DNA of 64,000 bases, taken from Escherichia phage phiWec187. The stretch lies in the sequence record LC739536.1. One strand, written 5' to 3'. Position numbers and translations under genes: made by a program. Numbering within the stretch: the stretch's first letter is position 1; each line of letters begins with the position of its first letter. Below, one piece after another: positions 27,020-37,555 of the stretch. The notes beneath the pieces are model-generated. The model was not told the DNA's origin, did no database searches, and was given only the letters and a program-made list of their open reading frames with translations.

Positions 27020-27772
27020 TTAATATACTTCCGTGATAAACTGAGACAAACGGGAACGTTGGTTATCAGCAGTTGTCATTTCAACATAACCAATAAAATC
27101 CACAATAGCTTCCCTTTCTCCTTCTTCATTAATAGGAACAACACGATCTAACAAATCACCTAACCCGTTAGCTCTTCGTTTAATTGCATATGTTTGATTA
27201 ACATCGCCCATAATGACAATACGTGTATTAAGACCTGCTCGCTCAAGGAGAAGTTTTACTGTATTTGGTGACATAAGTTGAACTTCATCAATAAGAATAA
27301 TGCTGTTATCCCACGTAGCACCTAGTGCATAGTTTGGAATATTAAGTTCAATTTTGCCACTTGCAATATCGTTTTCCAATTTATTTGCAGTCATAAACTG
27401 TTGGAAAATTCTTTTAGTTGATTCGTAGTGTGCTGCTAGTTTATCAGTCTTATCTCCAGATAAGAAACCAATTTGATCATCACCTACTTCTGTCGGGTTT
27501 TTAAGGAAAATCAACTTTCTGAAATCACCAGCTTTAAGCATTTGCAATGCTTTCCACAGTGCTGTTGTCGTTTTTCCTGTTCCTGCTGGGGCATTAACAA
27601 TGGTTAAATCATTCCAAACCATGCTTCTTACAATAGCTTCTTGATTCCCAACAGGGGTAAATTCATCAAGACGGTAATCATCATTTCCTACTGCTTTAGC
27701 CGCATAACGACTGGCACGTTTGTCATCATTGGCTGCTGATTGACGACGAGCCTTTGCGGTTTTATTTCCCAT
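27020..27772 (-). CDS. phoH: PhoH-like ATPase
   Basis: Walker A APAGTGKTT, Walker B IILIDEVQ; typical PhoH length. Confidence 0.75.
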   Translation of the reverse strand: MGNKTAKARRQSAANDDKRASRYAAKAVGNDDYRLDEFTPVGNQEAIVRSMVWNDLTIVNAPAGTGKTTTALWKALQMLKAGDFRKLIFLKNPTEVGDDQIGFLSGDKTDKLAAHYESTKRIFQQFMTANKLENDIASGKIELNIPNYALGATWDNSIILIDEVQLMSPNTVKLLLERAGLNTRIVIMGDVNQTYAIKRRANGLGDLLDRVVPINEEGEREAIVDFIGYVEMTTADNQRSRLSQFITEVY

Positions 27773-27784
27773 GTTTGCACTCCT

Positions 27785-27805
27785 TATAAAAGGGGCTTTC
27801 GCCCC
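27785..27805 (-). terminator. terminator-like hairpin after lysozyme gene
   Basis: GGGGCTTTCGCCCC at 27792-27805 with T-rich tract on minus strand. Confidence 0.5.
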
Positions 27806-27810
27806 TTTGT

Positions 27811-28311
27811 TTAGTTATAAGCGTCTAATGTTCCAGTTTTAAGTACCTGAATTACACGCTCTGCGCGATTAGGCGTTTGGCGATACCATTTACTTTTACG
27901 TAAATTTATAGAGGCTTGAGTATAATATGAATTACTCACTAAAGTCAAGCTATTTTTGAAAGATTCTGCACCTTTCAATCCCATTTGAAATACCATATTG
28001 ATAATAGCCATTTTACGATTAGGACTTACTTTATCGTAAATAGGAGATAATATGGTACTTGAATGGATTTGTTGTATCGCTTTCTTTACGTCACTTTCAA
28101 AGATTCTTCTAGCTTCCGCTTCAGTAATAACTCCATTGGTTTTTCTACCTACTAAGTTATCAAGAATGCATATAGCTTCTGCTTTATCTTTGAGTTTTGT
28201 CAGAAGGTGTCCAATACCAACTGTCCAATACCCTTCGGTATCAGGATACACAGTTAGCTTTAGTCCTTCATCAAAACGTAACATATCAAACACATCAACT
28301 ACTTTAGCCAT
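27811..28311 (-). CDS. T4-type lysozyme (GH24 endolysin)
   Basis: near-collinear with T4 lysozyme from memory: DEGLKLTVYPDTEGYWTVGIGHLLTK, NGVIT, INMVFQMG, KSKWYRQTPNRAERVI, GTLDAY. Confidence 0.85.
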   Translation of the reverse strand: MAKVVDVFDMLRFDEGLKLTVYPDTEGYWTVGIGHLLTKLKDKAEAICILDNLVGRKTNGVITEAEARRIFESDVKKAIQQIHSSTILSPIYDKVSPNRKMAIINMVFQMGLKGAESFKNSLTLVSNSYYTQASINLRKSKWYRQTPNRAERVIQVLKTGTLDAYN

Positions 28312-28323
28312 GTTTTCCTTATA

Positions 28324-28467
28324 TTAGTCGCCCTCCCCATGATCTAGCTCTTGAAACAGTAGGTGTTCAGGAGACATTTCACGTTTAGGCTTCGTCTTTT
28401 TAGTTTGGGACTTAAGCTCTGTTGCCAAAGCACGAGAAAAGATCTTACGTTTCTGTTTACCTTTCAT
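28324..28467 (-). CDS. small basic protein (47 aa)
   Basis: ATG with GGAGT RBS; Lys-rich; between glutaredoxin and lysozyme genes. Confidence 0.3.
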   Translation of the reverse strand: MKGKQKRKIFSRALATELKSQTKKTKPKREMSPEHLLFQELDHGEGD

Positions 28468-28471
28468 ATTG

Positions 28472-28738
28472 TTACTCCGCAATCTGAGCCATGAATTCAC
28501 GTAGTTCAGAAAAACCTCCTACGTGGGTTAGCTGTTCACCATCTTCCACAAAAATCTGAGGAAATGTGCGTGGTAGAACACCTGTTTTCTCTAAAACCAG
28601 ATTCTGAATCTGATCTAAAGAATAGTCTTCATCTAAGGTAAGGTATTTAAAATCCTGTTCACGCTGTTCTAGTAGAATCTTAGCGTTAGTGCAGAAAGGA
28701 CAATTTGGTTTACCGTAGATAATAAAATTCATTTTCAC
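28472..28738 (-). CDS. glutaredoxin-like protein
   Basis: CPFC active site in 88-aa thioredoxin-fold protein; likely RNR reductant. Confidence 0.7.
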   Translation of the reverse strand: MKMNFIIYGKPNCPFCTNAKILLEQREQDFKYLTLDEDYSLDQIQNLVLEKTGVLPRTFPQIFVEDGEQLTHVGGFSELREFMAQIAE

Positions 28739-29565
28739 TCCTTGTTTAAAAGTATAGTTAAAGTTCTTACAATACCACTATCAACACTTCGCGGATTTAA
28801 AGTAGGATCTGTTTTTAAATAAGATGTTGCTGGTCTGACTGCTTTGGAATTATAGGTTGAAGCAGATACAGGATTAACTGTAACAGACAAATCTATAACA
28901 AGAAATATCTTTCGTGCAAAATCATACCAAGAAATATAATCTGCACCTGCATAGTGTACAATTTTACTATTTACACCATCTTTTACAAGTTTAAAAATTG
29001 TTTCTGCAAGATCAGGTGCATAAGTAGGACACGACAAATGATCACATACTACATTAAATTCTTTTTGACCACCATTGTAGCGTTCCAACATTGTTTTCAA
29101 AAAGTTATGTCCAAATTCACTATAAACAGAAGCTGTTCTGATAATAAGTGCTGTAGGACAAACTGCTTGTACTAAAGTTTCACCTAATTGTTTACTGTAA
29201 CCGTAGGTGTTCAAGGGGTTTGTTTTACTCTCTTCTGTGCCAGCAACATGCCCATCAAAAACATAGTCTGTTGAAATATGTACAAACTGTATCAGTAAAT
29301 CATTACATGCTTTGGCAATGTTTGTTGCACCGTATGCATTAACATTTATACAGGTGTTAACATCTTCTTCAGCTTTATCTACTGCCGTGTAAGCCGCACA
29401 ATTCACAACAACATCAGGCACGTGCTGTACAAGACTATTCATAACATCTTTAAAGTTGGTAATGTCTATATCACTTGCTTCAATCAAAACAACATCTTCT
29501 GGTGCAACTTTTGCCAAAGATTGTCCTAATTGACCTTTTGAACCAAAGACTAAAAATTTTGTCAA
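28735..29565 (-). CDS. rmlD: dTDP-4-dehydrorhamnose reductase
   Basis: FGSKGQLG Rossmann motif, STDYVFDG, YGYSK; last gene of rml cluster. Confidence 0.75.
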   Translation of the reverse strand: MTKFLVFGSKGQLGQSLAKVAPEDVVLIEASDIDITNFKDVMNSLVQHVPDVVVNCAAYTAVDKAEEDVNTCINVNAYGATNIAKACNDLLIQFVHISTDYVFDGHVAGTEESKTNPLNTYGYSKQLGETLVQAVCPTALIIRTASVYSEFGHNFLKTMLERYNGGQKEFNVVCDHLSCPTYAPDLAETIFKLVKDGVNSKIVHYAGADYISWYDFARKIFLVIDLSVTVNPVSASTYNSKAVRPATSYLKTDPTLNPRSVDSGIVRTLTILLNKE

Positions 29566-30116
29566 AATATGATCTCCTTTAGTGTTTTGGCTTGCTGATC
29601 TTTTTGTGACAAGATAGGTTTAAAATTAATATCATTAAAGATTAAATCAAAACCCCAATCTATATTGATATCTGGATCATTCCACGCAAGACTACACTCT
29701 GAAGTCGGATCGTAATATTCTGTACATTTATATTCAAAATCAGCAATGTCGCTAATCACAACAAAGCCATGAGCGAAACCAGGAGGAATCCAAAATTGTG
29801 TTTTATTCTTTTCAGATAAAAGAACACCTACCCATTCTCCAAATGTTGGACTACCAACCCTAATATCTACAGCAACATCATAAACTTCACCACGAACACA
29901 ACGTACTAACTTCCCTTGTGGGTTTTTCTTTTGAAAATGAAGCCCACGTAGAACTCCTCGAATAGAACGTGAGTGGTTATCTTGGACAAAGTTTTGTTTA
30001 CCTATGTATTGATCATATAAAGCCTGATTAAAACTTTCTAAGAAAAAGCCACGTTCATCTCCGTAAACGTCAGGTTGAATGATCAACAAATCTTCGATTT
30101 TTGTTGCTTGAATCAT
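29562..30116 (-). CDS. rmlC: dTDP-4-dehydrorhamnose 3,5-epimerase
   Basis: DERGFFLE, RGLHFQ, FAHGF cupin motifs typical of RmlC. Confidence 0.75.
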   Translation of the reverse strand: MIQATKIEDLLIIQPDVYGDERGFFLESFNQALYDQYIGKQNFVQDNHSRSIRGVLRGLHFQKKNPQGKLVRCVRGEVYDVAVDIRVGSPTFGEWVGVLLSEKNKTQFWIPPGFAHGFVVISDIADFEYKCTEYYDPTSECSLAWNDPDINIDWGFDLIFNDINFKPILSQKDQQAKTLKEIIF

Positions 30117-30128
30117 TTAATTCCCCCT

Positions 30129-30998
30129 TTATTTTAATTTAAGTAAATACTTACCGTAGTCTGTTTTACTTAAAACCTCTCCAGAACTTTTTACAGAGTC
30201 TAAAGTAATCCATTCATTTTTAAAAGCAATCTCTTCTAGGCATGCAACCTTCATACCTTGTTGCTTTTCTATTGCATGAACAAATTGAGATGCTTCCATA
30301 AGACTTTCATGTGTTCCTGTATCCAGCCAAGTGAAACCTCTTCCTAGTTTACAGACACGTAAAGTCTTTTCTTTCCAGTACATCTCATTTATATCTGTAA
30401 TCTCTAACTCCCCTCTAGCAGAAGGTTTAACGCTTTTAGCTTTCTGTATAACAGAATTATCGTAAAAGTACAAGCCTGTAACTGCATAGTTGCTTTTTGG
30501 TGTTTTTGGTTTTTCTTCAATACTCACCACTGTACCTTCAGAATCAAACTCAACAACACCAAATCTTTCAGGATCATTTACGTGATACCCAAAAATATTA
30601 GCTCCACCATTCTTTTCAATATGTTCTTTAGCAGAATCTAAAATGCTACCAAAACTCTGACCAAAGAATAAATTATCACCTAGCACAAGTGCTACAGAAT
30701 CTTCACCAATAAAGTTCTCACCAATAATAAACGCTTCTGCTAAACCTCTTGGGCTATCCTGTATTGCATACTGTAGGGAAATACCAAAAGAAGAACCATC
30801 ACCTAGAAGATTTACAAAATTAATTTGATCTTCTGGTGTTGTAATTATTAGTATTTCCCTAATTCCAGAAAGCATTAGGACAGAGAGTGGATAATAAATC
30901 ATAGGCTTATCATAAATTGGTAATAGTTGTTTACTAACCCCTTTAGTAACTGGGTAAAGTCTTGTTCCACTACCACCTGCTAAGATAATACCTTTCAT
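30129..30998 (-). CDS. rmlA: glucose-1-phosphate thymidylyltransferase
   Basis: [19 protein letters not shown]-terminus, [23 protein letters not shown]. Confidence 0.85.
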   Translation of the reverse strand: MKGIILAGGSGTRLYPVTKGVSKQLLPIYDKPMIYYPLSVLMLSGIREILIITTPEDQINFVNLLGDGSSFGISLQYAIQDSPRGLAEAFIIGENFIGEDSVALVLGDNLFFGQSFGSILDSAKEHIEKNGGANIFGYHVNDPERFGVVEFDSEGTVVSIEEKPKTPKSNYAVTGLYFYDNSVIQKAKSVKPSARGELEITDINEMYWKEKTLRVCKLGRGFTWLDTGTHESLMEASQFVHAIEKQQGMKVACLEEIAFKNEWITLDSVKSSGEVLSKTDYGKYLLKLK

Positions 30999-31006
30999 AC
31001 TCCTCC

Positions 31007-31996
31007 TTAAACTTTATTTTCCCACCACTCTTTGTTATCTACATACCAATCAATGGTTGAATAAAGTTTTTCTTCAAATGTGCCTTTAGCTTTCCACCCT
31101 AATTCCTTTTCAATCTTATAAGGATTCACTTCGTATCTTAAATCATGCCCAGGTCTATCTGTAACCATCTCAATGAGGCTACAAGCATCTGTTTCAGATG
31201 GATACACCGCATCCATATAATCACAAATCATATAGATTACATCAATATTAGTTCTAGGGTTTCTGCTCCCAATATTATATGTTTCTCCAGATTTGCCTTT
31301 AGTTACTACTAGGTGTAATGCTTCTGCGTGATCGTCAACGTATAACCAATCTCTTACTTGAAGACCATTGCCATAAACAGGGATTGGTTTATTCATTAAG
31401 ATATTTGTTATCGTCTTAGGTATTAGTTTTTCTGGATGATGATATGCTCCAAAATTATTTGAACAATTTGTTATAACTGTCGGAATACCATAAGTACGAT
31501 GCCACGCTCTTACCAAATGATCGCTTGCAGCTTTAGATGCAGCATATGGACTACTTGGTTTATAAGGATTCTGTTCTGTAAACGGATAATCCCCTTCTTC
31601 CAGATCACCATACACTTCATCTGTTGAAATATGATGGAACATTTTAAGATTTGATTTATCTCCTATTAAACGAACAGCTTCTAAAAGATTAAATGTCCCA
31701 ACAATATTTGAATTTATAAAAACACTCGGTGATGCTATTGAATTATCTACGTGACTCTCTGCTGCAAGATGCATTATATAATCTGGATTAACATCTGCCA
31801 CAATCTTAGCAGTTAACTGAGCATTTGTCAAGTCAACACGACAAAACTTTACATTAGGTGTTTCTGATAAATTCCTAGGGTCTGAAGCGTAACCCCATTT
31901 ATCTATAACGTAAATATCATTCTTAGTATTTTTAGCCAGGAAACGAACTACTGCACTTCCAATAAAACCTAAACCACCTGTTACTAAGTATTTCAT
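31007..31996 (-). CDS. rmlB: dTDP-glucose 4,6-dehydratase
   Basis: [10 protein letters not shown] Rossmann motif, [19 protein letters not shown] (YxxxK). Confidence 0.85.
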   Translation of the reverse strand: MKYLVTGGLGFIGSAVVRFLAKNTKNDIYVIDKWGYASDPRNLSETPNVKFCRVDLTNAQLTAKIVADVNPDYIMHLAAESHVDNSIASPSVFINSNIVGTFNLLEAVRLIGDKSNLKMFHHISTDEVYGDLEEGDYPFTEQNPYKPSSPYAASKAASDHLVRAWHRTYGIPTVITNCSNNFGAYHHPEKLIPKTITNILMNKPIPVYGNGLQVRDWLYVDDHAEALHLVVTKGKSGETYNIGSRNPRTNIDVIYMICDYMDAVYPSETDACSLIEMVTDRPGHDLRYEVNPYKIEKELGWKAKGTFEEKLYSTIDWYVDNKEWWENKV

Positions 31997-32190
31997 TTAG
32001 TCTCCTTCCAATTATTCCCTTCAGTAAAAATAATACCTTCATAAAACAACCATCTGGAACCTTTTTCAACAGGAACAGGAAGCTCTTCTTCAGTAAAGTT
32101 ATAAACCTCTCTAGCATCTTCTAAAAGTGATGCAAATGTTTTTGGACTTACTGTTACGCGAGGAGCATTGATCAGTTGATCTAGCATCAT
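31993..32190 (-). CDS. hypothetical protein
   Basis: track ORF 31993-32283 trimmed to Met32 with AAGGAGG RBS. Confidence 0.45.
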   Translation of the reverse strand: MMLDQLINAPRVTVSPKTFASLLEDAREVYNFTEEELPVPVEKGSRWLFYEGIIFTEGNNWKETK

Positions 32191-32203
32191 TCTACTATCC
32201 TCC

Positions 32204-32530
32204 TTACCAAACGTGTTGAGAAATAATAGTTTCCGTTTCAATGTTATATTTTTCAAGAATTTGTGCATAGGCTTCTTTTGCATTCTTATTTAGTTGCTCA
32301 AGATCTACAGCTACACTTCCTTCGCCACCTTCTAAATAAATCCCATATATGCAATAAGATGCATCAGCGTCATAGAAAGGTGAGATACGGCTTAAATCAA
32401 GACCTTCTTGTAAGAACCAATTAAAATCTCCATCAAATTCTTCTTCAATTCTAGGATCTTCTCCTACAGCCTCTTCCCATTTATTAAAAGGTGCACCCTG
32501 TAACATACGCCATTCAGTGGCAACTCCCAT
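32204..32530 (-). CDS. hypothetical acidic protein
   Basis: track ORF; GGAGG RBS. Confidence 0.5.
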   Translation of the reverse strand: MGVATEWRMLQGAPFNKWEEAVGEDPRIEEEFDGDFNWFLQEGLDLSRISPFYDADASYCIYGIYLEGGEGSVAVDLEQLNKNAKEAYAQILEKYNIETETIISQHVW

Positions 32531-32666
32531 TATCTTCCTCCTCTTCTTTTTCTTCCGTGTGAACGAAGCCTAAACCGTTACAATTCCAACACGGAATAAA
32601 TTGTTCCATACTAACAATAAAATTCCCAGTACCACCGCAGATAGGACAAATACTTACATCATCCAT
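32514..32666 (-). CDS. small zinc-finger protein (50 aa)
   Basis: CPICGGTG and CWNCNGLG (DnaJ-type CxxCxGxG repeats); GAGGAG RBS; under track cutoff. Confidence 0.4.
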   Translation of the reverse strand: MDDVSICPICGGTGNFIVSMEQFIPCWNCNGLGFVHTEEKEEEEDNGSCH

Positions 32667-32668
32667 TA

Positions 32669-32851
32669 TTAAAGCTCCTCAATCTTTTCTAACATCTGTT
32701 TTAACTCATTCTCTGTTAACAGAATTTCTGTGATACCATCATAAGTTTCTACCATCAGAGTAAAACATTTCTCTCCATCTGAACACACAAAAGCACCACC
32801 TTCATCTTCTGTTAAGTCAGAATTAATATCTACATCAACAAAATCAATCAT
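32669..32851 (-). CDS. hypothetical protein
   Basis: track ORF trimmed to Met9 with AGGAG RBS. Confidence 0.45.
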   Translation of the reverse strand: MIDFVDVDINSDLTEDEGGAFVCSDGEKCFTLMVETYDGITEILLTENELKQMLEKIEEL

Positions 32852-33062
32852 CTTTTTCTCCTTTGATAATTTCAAACTTGGCTACACCATTAACTATAAT
32901 GTGACCGCAAGACATAACTCCTAGCCAATGATCACCATTCTTTTTTAAACGTTTACCGTAAACATCACAGAAACCATTCTGTAATTCGGAAGCCTCATAA
33001 GAGGCTCCCTTTTCGAAAACGTCTTTGAAGTCAGAAATTAATCCAACACAAAGTAGTTTCAT
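32844..33062 (-). CDS. hypothetical protein
   Basis: track ORF; Cys/His-containing. Confidence 0.45.
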   Translation of the reverse strand: MKLLCVGLISDFKDVFEKGASYEASELQNGFCDVYGKRLKKNGDHWLGVMSCGHIIVNGVAKFEIIKGEKDD

Positions 33063-34147
33063 TAAAAGTCTAACTCCTCGTCATCACTTACATCTTTATT
33101 TGCTGAATTCAGTTTGTAAGCTGTAATTTGGATCTCCTGTGCTGCTGCTTGAATTTGATCTGGATTTAACCAAACATCCATCCAAGGCAGTGGACTTTTC
33201 TTCGGTGCACGGAATTTGTGTTTCATTTTCAGTCTGCGATAGATAGGCGCAGCATTGAAGTAAACCCAAAGTTTGAACAACTCTGCGTTACCACCAACGA
33301 TAATCCTTCCTTCACTAAACAGATAGTCACACCAATCTTCCTCTTGTCCAACTACCGTGTCAAGAATTTCTGTCAGAACGTAGATATTATCTTCGTATAC
33401 TTTTCTCCAGACAGGATCTTTCAGCAGTGCATCAATAATAGCATAATCCATTTTAACGTGCAATAGTTCATCCAACATAATTTTTTGAATGAGTTTAGCT
33501 GCACCTACAAACAGTTGCTGCTCTGCTAAGGCAAATGTTGCAGCAAAAGATGATATGAATTGAATGCCTTCCAGACCGATAAGTGCAATCATTCCTTTCA
33601 GAATCAGTAGACGAAGGTTATCATCCTTCTCAATCAGACCTAGAGCATACTTATGCCCTGCCTCTGCCAGATCACTCATTATCTCTTCAACTATACCCAT
33701 CCTCTGGAAGATTCTTTCGTTCTCCATAATCTGATCGATAACTTCATTTGGATTAGGGATACACTGACGAATAATTTCAGAATATGTCAAAGCGTGTAAA
33801 ACTTCCATTTCTGATTGCTTCATCATCATTGCACATGCTTCGTTGTTGCTTAAAAATGGTGCAAACAAAGTGATAATTGATTTAGCAAGTGAGTCATTTT
33901 CCCATTGGAAAGATAGGTTTTTGATCATAACATCATAGTTGCTTTTAGAACAAGCTACGAAATCTTTTCGTGTCTGATCTAAGTTTACTTCGTTTTCATC
34001 CCAATCTTGCTGTTTTTGTAGTTTGTACAGACGATGCATTTCTGGGTATGTTACATTAATAGAATCAAAAATACCTAACTGTTCTCCCAAAAATACAGGG
34101 TAGAAACCTTCTTTGTAAGTGTCGTTGTATAAATTAATCGCTGCCAT
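33062..34147 (-). CDS. nrdB: ribonucleotide reductase small subunit
   Basis: 361 aa; ferritin-like di-iron His/Glu pattern; position next to nrdA. Confidence 0.8.
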   Translation of the reverse strand: MAAINLYNDTYKEGFYPVFLGEQLGIFDSINVTYPEMHRLYKLQKQQDWDENEVNLDQTRKDFVACSKSNYDVMIKNLSFQWENDSLAKSIITLFAPFLSNNEACAMMMKQSEMEVLHALTYSEIIRQCIPNPNEVIDQIMENERIFQRMGIVEEIMSDLAEAGHKYALGLIEKDDNLRLLILKGMIALIGLEGIQFISSFAATFALAEQQLFVGAAKLIQKIMLDELLHVKMDYAIIDALLKDPVWRKVYEDNIYVLTEILDTVVGQEEDWCDYLFSEGRIIVGGNAELFKLWVYFNAAPIYRRLKMKHKFRAPKKSPLPWMDVWLNPDQIQAAAQEIQITAYKLNSANKDVSDDEELDF

Positions 34148-34469
34148 TTAAATCCTCCACAATATCACACATTGCTTTTATTGTATCAATGTGTTTTCTC
34201 TCCATACCATTCTCTATGTAAGCCTTCTCTAATGCGTTCCATACACTCTTTGTGAGTAGTACAGTAACCTCTCCGTCATATCTTGCCCTGGTTAAAGCAT
34301 ACCAGGTAGCTATGGGATCATTGGAAGCCCATATTTCAACACTGGAAAATTGAAAACCTGCAATATAATGACAACACCAATCGAATGTAAAATCTTTACT
34401 ATCTACCAGTGTATAATTTCCCCTGCGTCTTTGTGGTGTTGCCCCAGGTAATACAACTAATGTAGGCAT
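34134..34469 (-). CDS. hypothetical protein
   Basis: track ORF trimmed to Met15 with AAGGAGG RBS; between nrdA and nrdB. Confidence 0.45.
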   Translation of the reverse strand: MPTLVVLPGATPQRRRGNYTLVDSKDFTFDWCCHYIAGFQFSSVEIWASNDPIATWYALTRARYDGEVTVLLTKSVWNALEKAYIENGMERKHIDTIKAMCDIVEDLNGSD

Positions 34470-34510
34470 ATTCCTCCTTAAGAAAGGGGGGACAAAGCCC
34501 CCTAGTTTCA

Positions 34511-36775
34511 TTACATTTTACAGGCGCTACACCCCTCGTCTTCAGAATCTTCTTGAGCGAGTGAGGATGCCGATTTTGTTCTGCTATTTAGATAGTACAA
34601 AGATTTACCACCAAGTTTTGCAAACTGAAGGATATATTGCATTTCTGATTTAATGGATAAACGACCACCTTCCATCTTAGAGTAGTCAATCCACTTATCA
34701 CATGATGCACCTTGATCTAAGAATTTAGTCAACAGGCCATATGCTTCAGCCATATCTTTATCTGGTGTATCCCAAGCCGATTGGTAAATATCTTTTAGTT
34801 TATCGTAGTCTGGCACAATAAACAGAACATTACCCTTTTGGCTTTGTTTATAAACTATAGTATCACGTACAGGATACACAGAGTTAGTCGTATTACTTAC
34901 AAGACTACTGGACTCATTTGGAGCAATAGCTGCTAATACGCTATTTCGGATACCACCTTGTGCAATGATATCTTGTCGTAAACCTTCCCAATCCATTTTA
35001 AGTTTAAAATTGCCAATATCGTCTACAGCTTTAGCGTAGGTATCAATAGGCAACCATCCTTCAGGCCATTTGGTTTTATGCATCCATTCTGCATTACCTT
35101 TCTCTTTTGCCAAACGAAGAGAAGCTCTTGCTAACCAATAATAATGTCTTTCTGCTAATTCGTGAATTAGTTTTTTGCCGTAAGGATCTGAATAAGTAAC
35201 AAAATTACTTGCCAGATAATGTGCAAGGTTTGTAATACCTACACCGATAGACCTACGTGCTTTAGCAGTGATTTCGTTATGTTTAAACGGATACTGCATT
35301 GTTTCAATAACATTATCAATAGTCAGAACGGTATAATATGCAACATCTTCATATTCTTCTGGTGTAACACGACCAGCTACAATAGAAGACAGGAAGCATA
35401 ATGCCAATTCTTGATCTTCTGTATTCTCACCTGTGAAAAGATCAGTCATATTGTGAAATGCTTTCGTAGGTAAGAAAATTTCTTGGCACAAGTTTGACTG
35501 GTAAATAACATCCTTAAACGGAGTATGCTTATTAGCATTATCCGCAAAGAACATATAAATACGTCCTGTCTCTGCTCTTTGTGTAATAATTTCTGCCAGA
35601 AGATCTCGTGCTTTTACAAACTTCTTCTTAATTCGTTTGCGACTAACTTTTTCATATACTTCTTCAAACTCTTCCTCGCTTTTATAAAGCGCCTCATAGA
35701 GTTCTGGTGCTTCGTCATAACTGACTAGCATCCAATCTTTACCTTTTGCTGCACGGCGCAGGAAAGCATTGTTTACTACAATAGAGTAATCAAGTTTATC
35801 TACTCGTTTTTCACTAACAGTAGTTGGGTTTTTCAAACGTACCAGATCTTCAAAATCAGGTTCTAGTATTGTAAACGTTACTGTTGCACTTCCACCACGA
35901 CTTGCTTGTTTTGATGCTCCAACACTTGTCTCCATCCATTTCAGATATGGTAAAAGACCACCGTGAACGATACGGTTGTTCTTAACACCTTGTCCTGTGG
36001 CACGGGTTTGAAGGTTAACACCAATACCTGCATTATTCAATGTATATTCATGCGCAAGATAGTTAGCAATTGCTAAAGATTCTGCTGTATCGTCTGCTCT
36101 AAACAGACAACAAGAAGCACTACCTTTAATCTTAGTACGCAAAGTTGTTAAATAAGGCGATGGTAAATTAATCTTAAGATCACTTACGTAGGTATATAGA
36201 CGTTTAATGTCTTCTACTCTGCGGTCTTTTGGTTGGATTTCCATTACCTTCATTGCTACACCAATGAATAAAAACTGTGGTGATTCAAAAACAACATCAT
36301 TGATCGCATCTTTCACAAGATACTTATCAACCATCTGGCGCAGTACGGAATAACCATAAGTTAGGTTTTTATCGTGATTGACAATCTTACCAATCTCAAT
36401 AATTTCTTCTTCTGTATAATCCATTTTCCCCCAATAGCCTTTACTTACAGACATATTGTAGAAATCCAGGAGGGAGGGGATATTGTGATATCCCCCATGA
36501 GCCTGTTTATAGATCATACCAAGAAGTAACCGACCTGCCATATCACTATATGCCTGATCTTTCTTATCAATACATGCTGCTATCATAGCTTTATGTAAAT
36601 CACGAGTAGGCACACCGTCGTAACAACGTTTAACAGCTTCGAGTTCGATTTCAGACCAATTTAATTTACCAGCAGCAAACTCTGACCATTTACGAAGTTT
36701 TTCTGGATTAAATTCTTCTTTCTTGCCGTTTGTTTTTGTTACATAACGGATAGATTTGCTTAGATACTGAGTCAC
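34511..36775 (-). CDS. nrdA: ribonucleotide reductase large subunit (class Ia)
   Basis: 754 aa; N-terminal ATP-cone-like region; catalytic-core motifs (NLCQEI, CCLF-type Cys); length matches NrdA. Confidence 0.85.
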   Translation of the reverse strand: MTQYLSKSIRYVTKTNGKKEEFNPEKLRKWSEFAAGKLNWSEIELEAVKRCYDGVPTRDLHKAMIAACIDKKDQAYSDMAGRLLLGMIYKQAHGGYHNIPSLLDFYNMSVSKGYWGKMDYTEEEIIEIGKIVNHDKNLTYGYSVLRQMVDKYLVKDAINDVVFESPQFLFIGVAMKVMEIQPKDRRVEDIKRLYTYVSDLKINLPSPYLTTLRTKIKGSASCCLFRADDTAESLAIANYLAHEYTLNNAGIGVNLQTRATGQGVKNNRIVHGGLLPYLKWMETSVGASKQASRGGSATVTFTILEPDFEDLVRLKNPTTVSEKRVDKLDYSIVVNNAFLRRAAKGKDWMLVSYDEAPELYEALYKSEEEFEEVYEKVSRKRIKKKFVKARDLLAEIITQRAETGRIYMFFADNANKHTPFKDVIYQSNLCQEIFLPTKAFHNMTDLFTGENTEDQELALCFLSSIVAGRVTPEEYEDVAYYTVLTIDNVIETMQYPFKHNEITAKARRSIGVGITNLAHYLASNFVTYSDPYGKKLIHELAERHYYWLARASLRLAKEKGNAEWMHKTKWPEGWLPIDTYAKAVDDIGNFKLKMDWEGLRQDIIAQGGIRNSVLAAIAPNESSSLVSNTTNSVYPVRDTIVYKQSQKGNVLFIVPDYDKLKDIYQSAWDTPDKDMAEAYGLLTKFLDQGASCDKWIDYSKMEGGRLSIKSEMQYILQFAKLGGKSLYYLNSRTKSASSLAQEDSEDEGCSACKM

Positions 36776-36786
36776 TTCCTCTCCTA

Positions 36787-37047
36787 TTAATTGTGCATGT
36801 TTAGAACATCTACATCATAACCGCCACGCATCTCGTTATATAAGCCATTTGCGTATAGAAAACCTTCAAAATGATCTATACCTTCAAAACCTTTTGCCTT
36901 TGCTTTGCGGTCTGCTTCTTGTCTTTTTGGTGATAATCTTTTAGATGTATCAAGGATAACTGTTACATTGCAACCTAATGTTTCATCAAAATAGACTTCA
37001 ATTTCACAGCCTTCATATTTATTACTTTCTGTCATTTGGCCTCTCAA
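36787..37047 (-). CDS. hypothetical protein
   Basis: track ORF. Confidence 0.45.
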   Translation of the reverse strand: MRGQMTESNKYEGCEIEVYFDETLGCNVTVILDTSKRLSPKRQEADRKAKAKGFEGIDHFEGFLYANGLYNEMRGGYDVDVLNMHN

Positions 37048-37458
37048 TTAGAATTCAGAATCATCATCTCGTGATGGATCATGTTCATTTCCGAAGTCTT
37101 CCATTTTGATATGAGAGCTACCCCAACCTGTAAAATCTTCTTCTCCAAAGTGCAAAATATCTACACCTTGATAGATTCGCTTATATTTATAGTCTTGTCG
37201 AACTGGGAAAGTATACAATGTAGTATTTGCAAACACCACACGTCGATTGTTGTTACTACGAATATTAACACCACGTTCTACTGTATAATGTCCATCGGTA
37301 GACATACCAAGCATTACTAATGCTGCTCGCAATGTGGTGTTATGATACTCGTGAGGAATTTTTCCTCCATGCTTTTTAGCCATTTCTTTCCAGATCGGTG
37401 TAGCCTTAATGGTAGACATACTTACGGTCGCCCAAATGGTTGTATTAATTAGTGACAT
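37048..37458 (-). CDS. hypothetical protein
   Basis: track ORF; downstream of minus-strand promoter. Confidence 0.5.
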   Translation of the reverse strand: MSLINTTIWATVSMSTIKATPIWKEMAKKHGGKIPHEYHNTTLRAALVMLGMSTDGHYTVERGVNIRSNNNRRVVFANTTLYTFPVRQDYKYKRIYQGVDILHFGEEDFTGWGSSHIKMEDFGNEHDPSRDDDSEF

Positions 37459-37509
37459 AAATTCTCCTTCTCTCTTTTAAGGAGAGCATAGCTCTCCTAA
37501 CGTTAGCCT

Positions 37510-37538
37510 ATACTACACGAATCTCAATTAAAAGTCAA
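37510..37538 (-). promoter_or_regulatory. sigma70-like promoter (minus strand)
   Basis: reverse complement reads TTGACT - 17 bp - TAGTAT; sits between thyX stop and next gene. Confidence 0.5.
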
Positions 37539-37555
37539 CTATAATTTTAAGTTGA

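Noticed and set aside
34134-34511. Homing endonuclease or intron between nrdA and nrdB
   Set aside because: The 112-aa protein shows no LAGLIDADG, GIY-YIG or HNH motif, and nrdA and nrdB have normal uninterrupted lengths; kept as hypothetical.
35219-35728. Plus-strand ORFs 35219-35401 and 35525-35728
   Set aside because: Antisense inside the well-supported nrdA gene; low-complexity; spurious.
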